This document shows, in pieces, positions 57,101 to 64,000 of a stretch of DNA of 64,000 bases. The DNA lies in the NCBI GenBank assembly GCA_964466515.1, contig CAYXQS010000001.1, forward strand, positions 15,192-79,191, given 5' to 3'. The DNA is from an uncultured Gemmatimonas sp. (GTDB lineage: Bacteria; Gemmatimonadota; Gemmatimonadetes; Gemmatimonadales; Gemmatimonadaceae). The notes below the pieces were generated by a model, which was given only the letters and a program-made list of their open reading frames with translations, was not told the DNA's origin and made no database searches. Numbering within the stretch: the first letter of the stretch is position 1; each line of letters begins with the position of its first letter. The position numbers and the translations under genes are program-made.

Positions 57101-59194
57101 GCGTGCCACGCTGTAGATGGTCGTTCCCGAGCCTTGGTAGTTCGGGGCCTCGGCGACCAGTTGCGCCACTTCGGATCCCTCGCCGTCGTGATGCAGTGCG
57201 ATGACGGCCACCTGCGCCGTGAGTGCGCCTTCCGGGATGTTGAGCAGTGCGGTCCCGGCCGGAGGCGCGAGCAGCAATGCGGTCGCCCCAACGCCGCGCA
57301 CGTCGGCGTCGGGCGTTTCGTCGGCGCGGAGGCCGCCGGTACCGCTGCAGTAATAGCCACCGAGGCAGCCGGGGGCCGGTGTGCCGTACCCGTTCCCCGG
57401 TGCCACCAGGAAGTACGTCGAGTCGAGGAGCGTCACCGTCACGACCGCTCCACCCACCGGGGCGGGGTGCGAAAGCCGCACGAGGATGCGCGCCGTGTCG
57501 CCGGCCTGAATCGTGCTGTACTCGAGTTCCTGGAACCCGACGGCTGGCTGGGCCACGAGGATGAAGACGGTGTCATTGCCGAGCGCCGACTCGAGGTAGA
57601 CGTTCACCTCGCCATTCGCGAGGCCGTTCACCGCCACGCCCACCTGCGTGATCCCGGGCGCGATGACCACCGAGTCCACGGCCCACGCCACGACCTCAGA
57701 ATCCTCTGAGGTGAGATAGACCACCGTCTCCGTCTCGGACGGTGCGGAGAGGAAAATCGGAATGGTGCGCGAGCCGCCGGTCGGCACGTAGGTGTAGTCG
57801 TAACCGGCAAAGAGCACGGCCGGGCCGCCGCCGATTACGGTCGCGGTGACGTTCACCGGCGGGAGGTCGGTGACCAGTGCCGTGAGCTGCTGCGGTCCGC
57901 TCTCGCCGAGTGTCCAACTGGTGGCCGCGAGGCCGTTGGCATCCGTGATTGCCGACGTCGGGGAGACGGAGCCGCCGCCGAGCACGCCGACGATGTCGAC
58001 GCTGACGCCGGCGACCGGCTGCTCGAACTGGTCAACGACGAGGAAGACGATGGAATCAGCCAGTTCGGTGAGCGCCGGCGCCGACTGTCCGGCCCCACCG
58101 ACCACGCTTATTGCGGCGGGCGACGTCGGTGCGCCCGAGATCTGCGTGCCGTTGAACACCACGCTGAGCGTGGGGCCTTCGATGCTCGCCGTCACCGATG
58201 CCGGGCCGGCTTCGCTGCCGGCGGTCCAGCCCATCTCCGCAAAGCCGCTGGCGTCGGTGACGACCGAGCTGGAGTCGAGCGAGCCGTCGCCCGTGGTGAC
58301 CGTAAACGTCACCGGCCACCCCTCGACGCCGAGGTTGTCGGCGGCACGCACCTGCACGCGCAGCGGGGCGGGGAAGGGTGTGCCCTGCAATGTCTGCTGA
58401 TTGTTCCCGCCCGCGATGACGAGCGCGGTGGGCGTCGGGGTGATGATCGCCTGCACCGAGTCGATGTCGCCGTCAAACAGCTCGGCGATGATCCAGGCGC
58501 GTCCGCGCGCGCCCACCAGCCGCACGCGCGGCTCGCCCGGATGCACGACGCGCGCCACCAGCGTGTCGCGCGAGACGTGGAGGATGACCGCGTTCTCCAG
58601 GAACGCTTCCTGCTGGTCGTACGCCTCGGAGGTGAACACGAGCGTATCGCCCATCGCGCCGACGAGGGAGTCGGGGAAGAACTCGAGGAACTTGCCGCCG
58701 GAGCCCGGGCCCACGTGCTCGAGCGCGATCTCCACGGCCTGCGCGTTGCCGGCATTCGCGCGCGCGACCACGTTGACCGGGCCACCGAGGAAGACGATCT
58801 GGTTGGCGGCGTTGAGGTACTCGAGCGTGGCGGAGAAGGTCTCGCCTTCGCTCGTGGCGGCCGAGCTCAATACCACGGAGACCGTGAGCGCCACGGAATC
58901 CGCATTTGGCGGGAAGTTCACCATCCGGTCGGCCGCGATCTCCTGCCCGCGCCGCAGCACCACGCGCACGCGGTTGAAGGGCACGAGGTCGGAGAAGCTG
59001 TGCGCCATCGTGCCGCCGGCGGCCACCGAGTGGGCCGCGCGCGCCGGGAAGTGCGGCACGAAGGCCAGCGTCGCGGTGCGCCCGTGGATCCCGTTCTCGG
59101 GCCCGGTGACCTCGCGGCCACAGCTGAGCAGGCTCGCAAGGGCCAGAAGCCCCGAGAGGGCGGCGAGACGGCGGGGGATGCGCGTGGAAATCAT
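54128..59194 (-). CDS. Large (1688 aa) Ig-like repeat lipoprotein, N-terminally paralogous to the 5246-aa protein
   Basis: ATG 59194 MISTRIPRRLAALSGLLALASLLSCGREVTGPENG; two Big_1-like units then about 10 S[SD].P.V..V...G...[IL].A.APG...D repeats. Confidence 0.85.
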   Translation of the reverse strand: MISTRIPRRLAALSGLLALASLLSCGREVTGPENGIHGRTATLAFVPHFPARAAHSVAAGGTMAHSFSDLVPFNRVRVVLRRGQEIAADRMVNFPPNADSVALTVSVVLSSAATSEGETFSATLEYLNAANQIVFLGGPVNVVARANAGNAQAVEIALEHVGPGSGGKFLEFFPDSLVGAMGDTLVFTSEAYDQQEAFLENAVILHVSRDTLVARVVHPGEPRVRLVGARGRAWIIAELFDGDIDSVQAIITPTPTALVIAGGNNQQTLQGTPFPAPLRVQVRAADNLGVEGWPVTFTVTTGDGSLDSSSVVTDASGFAEMGWTAGSEAGPASVTASIEGPTLSVVFNGTQISGAPTSPAAISVVGGAGQSAPALTELADSIVFLVVDQFEQPVAGVSVDIVGVLGGGSVSPTSAITDANGLAATSWTLGESGPQQLTALVTDLPPVNVTATVIGGGPAVLFAGYDYTYVPTGGSRTIPIFLSAPSETETVVYLTSEDSEVVAWAVDSVVIAPGITQVGVAVNGLANGEVNVYLESALGNDTVFILVAQPAVGFQELEYSTIQAGDTARILVRLSHPAPVGGAVVTVTLLDSTYFLVAPGNGYGTPAPGCLGGYYCSGTGGLRADETPDADVRGVGATALLLAPPAGTALLNIPEGALTAQVAVIALHHDGEGSEVAQLVAEAPNYQGSGTTIYSVARDFDIIGSSTWLTELVGEGQIVEAYVQRGTRGQTSDVIVTMTSDNPAVFTVDSAVRILRNEYHSPSFRLFAHQAGEAHLIAESPGFPTDTVLITVAAPAIRIYSAEGGYLDEGASGSLRFYAGTVDGYTGFRRQADLPVTISIVSGDSAIALNTTSSILRAHEEDRTIGVRAIGPGEAMILIEAPGHAPDSVLLSTVPTNLGLLNGSPVGIGQFATVIITVPPAVRETESRVVTVSSSNPGIARVLTPAIVATAANYWAEVQIEGVNPGTVQITATTPGIAPLSFDFDVTTSDLLLAGGNGTWYADSVVRAVNAFTVAGGATRAVVDTLVAILHSSDPSVAEVVDSIIVIKPGESYSPAGTWRAVAPGTAELTLHAPGYATSAPNTVVVDPPELLVGTPYSNVGRGLTSPVSVARTSPTGAPLAVAITQLGPGSVDVVAEDLIVPTGVAVHAIFVSGVTLGTDTLIFTASGHKPDTVVINVVPPQLYLDVTSEQVAVDWVDNEVGALLSHSSTYFTFAPPAEKKFVLTSLTPDKATVLQDTIVFQAHQGWPWQFGAVQYHAVGIANLVLSDPEGVFPDASLQILIEPRTVLGPDEFVGGAMTIGMGQQTFPYEFYVSTGVPLPTSKVIYLTSSDTSVIAVPDSVIVPAFLGIANVTITARDTVGSARISASAPGWNEYELDVVVTRSEILTFATDPFVGAEASAEVYVVDAVSRTTRPRATPITMRFRTDRPDIADAGAATFTYPAEAYWLDTQGPTGVSVGRTLVYVEDTLATSDSRKMLSQASELSVHRPTLYATADRKVIGRGLASATSLAAYGLKDSVWVTFTSVGGRFGVIEDSVQVVRYEYDTYGEAAFTLRGDTFGTDTLVLSAAGFTPDTVLIVVEPGVLELQPGTAPRIVVGDSTLVVLDLRDAAGFPAVATDVLTLSFSIDTTFAVTDGTTTIGSLVIQPDATTVSFWVKALQQGSSTLVVTSSSSFRTFRYVFSTRPILP

Positions 59195-59356
59195 AGGTCC
59201 GGCGGAAGGGCGGATGGGAATCGACGCTCTAATGTATGCGAGCCGGGGCACCGACAGCCAGCAGAGGGAGGGGCGCCCGGTATAGACTTGAGAGGTAACG
59301 ATCGCCCTGCGGCCCCCCGGGGTGCCGTGACCCGCGACACACCCTTCTCGTTGCCG

Positions 59357-60109
59357 ATGTCCCAGATGCGCATCCGGACCCTCCTGTCGCTGGCCATTCC
59401 CCTCCTGTCCGCGGGCCTGTTCGTCCGGCTCGGGCTCTGGCAGGTGGACCGCCACGGGGAGCGCGCCGCCATCAACCACGGGCTCGCCGCGTCCCTCGCC
59501 GCCGAGCCCATCCCCCTCGGCCCGGCACTGTTGGCCGACACCGTCGACCGGCGCTTTGCCCGGGTCACCGCGACGGGCCGTTTTCGGTACGATCTCGAGC
59601 AGGTGCTTGCCGGCCGCACCAACGACGGCTCGCCGGGAGTCCACCTCCTCACGCCGCTCGAACTCCCGGGCTACGACACGCTGGTGGTGGTCACGCGCGG
59701 GTGGGTCTATTCCCCGGACGCCGCGGCCGTCGAACTCGGGCGGTGGCGCGAGGCCGACGCCGTCACCCTCTCGGGATACCTGTTGCCCCTCGCGCCCATA
59801 GGGACTCCGGCCCCCGCCGACCGCGCCGTCCCGCTTCGCTCGGCGGATCGTACCGCGCTCGCATCGCGCATCGGTCGCCCCGTGGCCCCCGTGCAGATCG
59901 TGATGACCTCGGACTCGCTGGCGCGGCTCGATTCAATCCCGCGGCGTCTCCGCCCGCCCGCCCTCGACCCCGGCCCGCACCGATCGTACGCCATCCAATG
60001 GTTTGCGTTCGCGTTGATTGCCGGGATTGGCGGCGTGGTTCTGTTTCGCCGCGGCCTCGCCGCGGACCGGGCCGCCGAGGCAGTGTCGGAAGCCGCGCAC
60101 CGGGGTTAG
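59357..60109 (+). CDS. SURF1 family protein
   Basis: LGLWQVDR, PGVHLLTPL, VTRGWV, HRSYAIQWFAFA. Confidence 0.88.
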   Translation: MSQMRIRTLLSLAIPLLSAGLFVRLGLWQVDRHGERAAINHGLAASLAAEPIPLGPALLADTVDRRFARVTATGRFRYDLEQVLAGRTNDGSPGVHLLTPLELPGYDTLVVVTRGWVYSPDAAAVELGRWREADAVTLSGYLLPLAPIGTPAPADRAVPLRSADRTALASRIGRPVAPVQIVMTSDSLARLDSIPRRLRPPALDPGPHRSYAIQWFAFALIAGIGGVVLFRRGLAADRAAEAVSEAAHRG

Positions 60110-60171
60110 CTATAGAGGGTGTGGGAAGCCCTGCGACCCGACACTCGATCCCCCAGCGGAGGTGGCCCCCC

Positions 60172-62070
60172 GTGGCCGAACCGATGAATCACGACGTGGC
60201 GTCCGAGCAGGAGGCGCGGGACGTCGCGGAGGACGCGCGCGAGTCCGAGTGGGCCCATCCGAGCTTCGTCAAGGAGCTCTTCCTCGGACGGTTTTCCTTT
60301 GACCTGGTGCACCCGCATCCCGTCGAGGACCCGGCCTCCGAGGCCGAAGGCACGGCGTGGCTGGCCAAGCTCAAGGCGTTCCTCGACCGCTACGACGCCG
60401 ATATGGTCGACCGCACCGGCAACATCCCGGAGTCGTACATCCAGGAACTGCGCGAGCTCGGTGCCTTTGGCATCAAGATTCCCAAGGAGTACGGCGGGCT
60501 CGGCCTCTCGCAGATGAGTTACGTGCGCGCAATGGAACTGGTGACCTCCAAGTGCGGGTCGCTGTGCGCGCTCCTCTCCGCCTCGCAGTCCATTGGCGTG
60601 CCGCAGCCGCTCAAGCTCTTTGGCACCGAGGCGCAGAAGCAGAAGTTCTTCCCGCAGATCGCCAAGGGCGGCATCACCGCCTTCGCGCTCACCGAGGTCA
60701 ACGCCGGCTCGGATCCGGCGAATATGACCACCACGGCCACGCCCAGCGCGGACGGGACGACGTGGACGCTGAACGGCGAGAAGCTCTGGTGCACCAACGG
60801 CACGCGCGCCGACCTCTTCGTGGTGATGGCGCGCACGCCCGACCGGATGGTGGACGGCAAGCTGCGCAGGAAGCAGATCACCGCCTTCATCGTCGACGCC
60901 AGGACGCCCGGTATCAGCGTGAAGCACCGGTGCCATTTTATGGGACTCAAGGCCATCGAGAACGGCTGGCTCGCGTTCACGGACGTGCAGGTGCCGAGCG
61001 AGAACATCCTGTGGGGCGAGGGGCGCGGCCTCAAGCTCGCGCTGATCACGCTCAATACCGGTCGTCTCACCATTCCCGCCTCGGTGGCGGGCGCCACGAA
61101 GGGGTTGCTGCGCGGCGTCCGGCAGTGGGCCGTGGAGCGTGTCCAGTGGGGCCAGCCCATCGGGAAGCACGACGCCATCGCGCAGAAGCTCGCGCGGCTC
61201 ACGGCCAACACATTCGCGATGGAATCCGTGGCGTTGCTCTCCACCGCCCTCTACGAGCGGGGCGGCACCGATATTCGGCTCGAGGCGGCGATCGCCAAGC
61301 TCTTCAACACCGAACTCGCGTGGCGAAGCGTGGACGACGCCCTGCAGATTCGCGGCGGGCGCGGCTACGAGACCGCCGATTCCCTGCGTGCGCGCGGCGA
61401 GACGCCGCTCCCCGTGGAACGCGCGATGCGCGACAGCCGCATCAACCTGATCTTCGAGGGCTCAAGCGAGATTATGCGGCTGTTCATCGCGCGCGAGGCC
61501 GTGGACGAGCACTTCGCCATCGCCTTCCCGATCGTCGCGCCCGAAAGCTCGCTCGGCACGCGCGTGACGGCGGCGCTCAGGGCCGCGCCGTTCTATCTCG
61601 CGTGGTATCCCGCGCGCTGGATCCCCTCGTTCCGCCGCTATGGCGAGTTTGGCATCCTCGCCAGGCACCTGCGCTATGCCGCGCGCGCCACGGAGCGGCT
61701 CGGCCGCGCGCTGTTCCACGCGATGGTGCGCTTTGGCCCCAAGCTGGAGAAGCGGCAGATGGTGCTGTTCCGGGCCGTGGACATCGGGGCCGAGCTCTAT
61801 GCGATGAGCGCGACGATTGCACGGGCGCAGATGCTGAAGGGGCAGGGGAACGCGCAGGCTGCGGAGTTGGCCGACGCGTTCTGCCGCGAGTCGCGCGACC
61901 GCATCGAGGCGCACTTCCGCGCGCTGTTCGGCAAGCACGACGTGGCGCTGTACAGGCTGGCGCAGAGCGTGACGCGTGGGGAGCACGCGTGGCTGGAGGC
62001 GGGGATTGCGGATGAGGCGGTCGCGGGGGTCGTGCGGGGCCTGCCGACACTGGACCTGTTGGATGCCTGA
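60172..62070 (+). CDS. Acyl-CoA dehydrogenase (long form, FadE10/ACAD9-like)
   Basis: IPKEYGGLG, FALTEVNAGSD, LNGEKLWCTNG, QIRGGRGYE, RINLIFEGSSEI; start GTG 60172 (after GGAGG) or ATG 60184. Confidence 0.92.
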   Translation: MAEPMNHDVASEQEARDVAEDARESEWAHPSFVKELFLGRFSFDLVHPHPVEDPASEAEGTAWLAKLKAFLDRYDADMVDRTGNIPESYIQELRELGAFGIKIPKEYGGLGLSQMSYVRAMELVTSKCGSLCALLSASQSIGVPQPLKLFGTEAQKQKFFPQIAKGGITAFALTEVNAGSDPANMTTTATPSADGTTWTLNGEKLWCTNGTRADLFVVMARTPDRMVDGKLRRKQITAFIVDARTPGISVKHRCHFMGLKAIENGWLAFTDVQVPSENILWGEGRGLKLALITLNTGRLTIPASVAGATKGLLRGVRQWAVERVQWGQPIGKHDAIAQKLARLTANTFAMESVALLSTALYERGGTDIRLEAAIAKLFNTELAWRSVDDALQIRGGRGYETADSLRARGETPLPVERAMRDSRINLIFEGSSEIMRLFIAREAVDEHFAIAFPIVAPESSLGTRVTAALRAAPFYLAWYPARWIPSFRRYGEFGILARHLRYAARATERLGRALFHAMVRFGPKLEKRQMVLFRAVDIGAELYAMSATIARAQMLKGQGNAQAAELADAFCRESRDRIEAHFRALFGKHDVALYRLAQSVTRGEHAWLEAGIADEAVAGVVRGLPTLDLLDA

Positions 62071-62145
62071 GGGCCGACCGTTCTTGCGGCCTTTTCCCAT
62101 CCGCTGCGATAAAACGATTTCTCCCCTGCGCTTTCCCCTCGGTAC

Positions 62146-62166
62146 ACTCGGCGTATGCCGCCGAGT
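62146..62166. terminator. Hairpin downstream of the acyl-CoA dehydrogenase gene
   Basis: ACTCGGCG-tatgc-CGCCGAGT 8-bp stem with a weak U tract. Confidence 0.35.
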
Positions 62167-62195
62167 TGCCTTCTCCCGCCGAGAGGAATTAGCGT

Positions 62196-62735
62196 ATGGG
62201 TATGGCCACAAGGATCCGTCCGTGGACGCGTGCGGACCTCGACCACTTGCCCGACGACGGCAACCGGTACGAGGTGCTGGACGGGGCGTTGCTGGTGACG
62301 CCCGCGCCGAACGAGCGGCATCAGCGTGTGGCGACGGAACTGGCCGCGCAGCTTGTCTGGTATTGCCGGGCACATAGGCTCGGGACGGTCTATGCGTATG
62401 GGGCGATTCCGCGCGACAGGAGCGAGCTGCAGCCGGACGTGATGGTGGTGCTGGGGGACGTGCGTGAGCGGAAATCCGGTTGGAAGGGCTTGCCGCGACC
62501 GGCCCTCGTGGTTGAGGTCCTGTCCGACTCCACGCGCAGTCGCGACCTGCTCCTCAAGCGCGAGGCGTATGATCGCTGGGGCATAGCGGAGTATTGGGTC
62601 GTGGATGCCGACGAATGCCTCGTCACGACGGTGCATCCGGGCGGCGACGAGGTAGGCGTTGCCGACGTGCTGCGGTGGCAGCCGAGGGCGGAGCTCCCTG
62701 CGCTGGAGATCGAGCTGGCCGACCTATTTCGCTGA
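62196..62735 (+). CDS. Uma2-family (PD-(D/E)XK) endonuclease-like protein
   Basis: LPDDGNRYEVLDG, LQPDVMV, LVVEVLS.ST..RD...KR..Y...GIAEYWVVD. Confidence 0.9.
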   Translation: MGMATRIRPWTRADLDHLPDDGNRYEVLDGALLVTPAPNERHQRVATELAAQLVWYCRAHRLGTVYAYGAIPRDRSELQPDVMVVLGDVRERKSGWKGLPRPALVVEVLSDSTRSRDLLLKREAYDRWGIAEYWVVDADECLVTTVHPGGDEVGVADVLRWQPRAELPALEIELADLFR

Positions 62736-62753
62736 CGTCCGGCGCACCGGTGC

Positions 62754-63662
62754 CTACGCCACCCGATCCCGCCTGAACTGCAACAGCACCACCGCGCACA
62801 CGATCAGCGCCCCGCCCACCACCGTCGGCCAGGTCAGCGCCTGCGACAGCACCATCACCCCCAGCAGTGCCGTCAGGAACGGCTCCACCGTCGACACGAT
62901 TGCCGTGCGCACCGGCCCGAGTCGGATCAGCCCCATCAGGAAGAACACGCTCGGCAGCACGGTGCTGAAGAGCGTGAGCGTCACGAGGATCGCCCAGGTC
63001 GACGGCGCGATCTGGGCCGTGAAGCTTCCGTCCAGCAGCGCGAGCGCGAGGAAGGCAATCGCCGCCCCGATCTTCGAATACGCCGAGGTGGGCGCCACCG
63101 GATGGTCCTTCTGCAGCACGCGCATCACCGGGATGTACGCGCCGTAGACCATCGCCGCCGACAGCGCGAGCGCGATGCCGCGCCAGTCGATGCCGGCCGC
63201 GCCCGGCATCCCCACCATCACGGCGATGCCCGCGAACGAGAGCGTGAGCGCCACCGTGCGCCGCGCGTCGAGCCGCTCCGCGCTGCGCACCGCCTGTACC
63301 AGCGCCACCCACGCGGGATAGGTATAGAACAGGAACGCGAGCGTCGCCGCCGGGATGTAGCGCAACGACGAGAGCGCGAGGTAGACCATCAGCGCCTGCC
63401 CGAACCCGCCGATCGTCACGAAGCGCACGATCTCGCGCCCGGGCATCCGCACGTAGCGGCGCGAGCCGACGTAGCCGCCGAGCACGATCGCCGAAAGCAG
63501 GTACCGCCACGCCAGCACGGTGGCGAGCGTGAGCCCCGTGGCCGTGGCGAGCGAGGTGAGGATGCTCACCGCCGCGAAGCCGGTGGCCGCGAGGAGCGTG
63601 AAGAAGGTGCCGGGCGCGAGCTGCGCGGCGTCGAGGCGCGGGGACGGCGAGGCGTCGGTCAT
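62754..63662 (-). CDS. EamA/DMT family transporter
   Basis: About 10 TM helices; LFYTYPAWVAL, LGPVRTAIVSTVEP. Confidence 0.9.
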   Translation of the reverse strand: MTDASPSPRLDAAQLAPGTFFTLLAATGFAAVSILTSLATATGLTLATVLAWRYLLSAIVLGGYVGSRRYVRMPGREIVRFVTIGGFGQALMVYLALSSLRYIPAATLAFLFYTYPAWVALVQAVRSAERLDARRTVALTLSFAGIAVMVGMPGAAGIDWRGIALALSAAMVYGAYIPVMRVLQKDHPVAPTSAYSKIGAAIAFLALALLDGSFTAQIAPSTWAILVTLTLFSTVLPSVFFLMGLIRLGPVRTAIVSTVEPFLTALLGVMVLSQALTWPTVVGGALIVCAVVLLQFRRDRVA

Positions 63663-64000
63663 CAGGTGGGGGCTGGGGCGTCCGCGCTCGGCGCCGGGGT
63701 GGAGCGTTGGAGCAGCAGGATGGCGCCGATGATACACAACCCGCCGAGGATCGTGCGCGTTCCAATCGGCTGGGCGAGGATGAGCGCCGCGAGGACCGCG
63801 GTCCAGAACGGTTCGGTGGTCGAGAGGATCGCGGTGCGCACGGGGCCGAGCACGGCGAGCCCGCGCAGGAAGGTGATGAATGCGACGACGGTGCTGAAGA
63901 GCGCGAGCGTGAGCGCGATGGCCCAGGTGGTCGGCGTCATATGCGCGACGACGCCCTCGCCGCGCGCCGCGGCGACGAGAAAGACGATGGCCGCGCCGGT
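63662..64000 (-). CDS. EamA/DMT family transporter (C-terminal part, starts beyond the window)
   Basis: LGPVRTAILSTTEPFWTAVLA, paralogous to the downstream gene. Confidence 0.85.
   Translation of the reverse strand, partial: TGAAIVFLVAAARGEGVVAHMTPTTWAIALTLALFSTVVAFITFLRGLAVLGPVRTAILSTTEPFWTAVLAALILAQPIGTRTILGGLCIIGAILLLQRSTPAPSADAPAPT

Noticed and set aside
53648-57709. 1353-aa plus-strand ORF
   Set aside because: Shadow of two well-supported minus-strand genes; composition is not protein-like.
59357-60109. SURF1 without cytochrome oxidase genes as a novel role
   Set aside because: Unlinked SURF1 genes are common and the motifs are ordinary.
62196-62735. Uma2 nuclease as part of a defence system
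   Set aside because: Stand-alone gene between metabolic and transport genes; this family is commonly scattered in multiple copies.

Overview
High-GC bacterial window; gene content and lipoprotein style suggest Gemmatimonadota (inference). About 40 tightly packed CDSs; no rRNA, tRNA, CRISPR array, transposase or integrase seen. The first 10 kb is mostly housekeeping: HAD hydrolase, GT2, DAACS symporter, rhodanese, Nudix, PAP2, YdeI, TesB, an orphan ParB-like protein, NDH-2 and a mini DksA/TraR. Next come a surface-lipoprotein operon (10.4-14.8 kb), a vapBC pair, and a six-gene metal-uptake operon (di-heme DHOR lipoprotein, Tat Rieske protein, porin, MntH, USP, Mn-type DtxR/MntR). About half the window (23.8-59.2 kb) is an envelope island. 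It holds a membrane Ser/Thr kinase, a TPR/pseudo-trypsin protein and a 3478-aa lipoprotein with 29 tandem FN3 repeats ending in a domain collinear with the glycine-rich ectodomain of animal ALK/LTK receptor kinases. Facing it are two paralogous giant Ig-like lipoproteins (5246 and 1688 aa). The best candidates for undescribed systems are the kinase/TPR/ALK-like giant lipoprotein operon and the redox-coupled MntH operon. All family calls come from motif recognition by eye; no database search was run.
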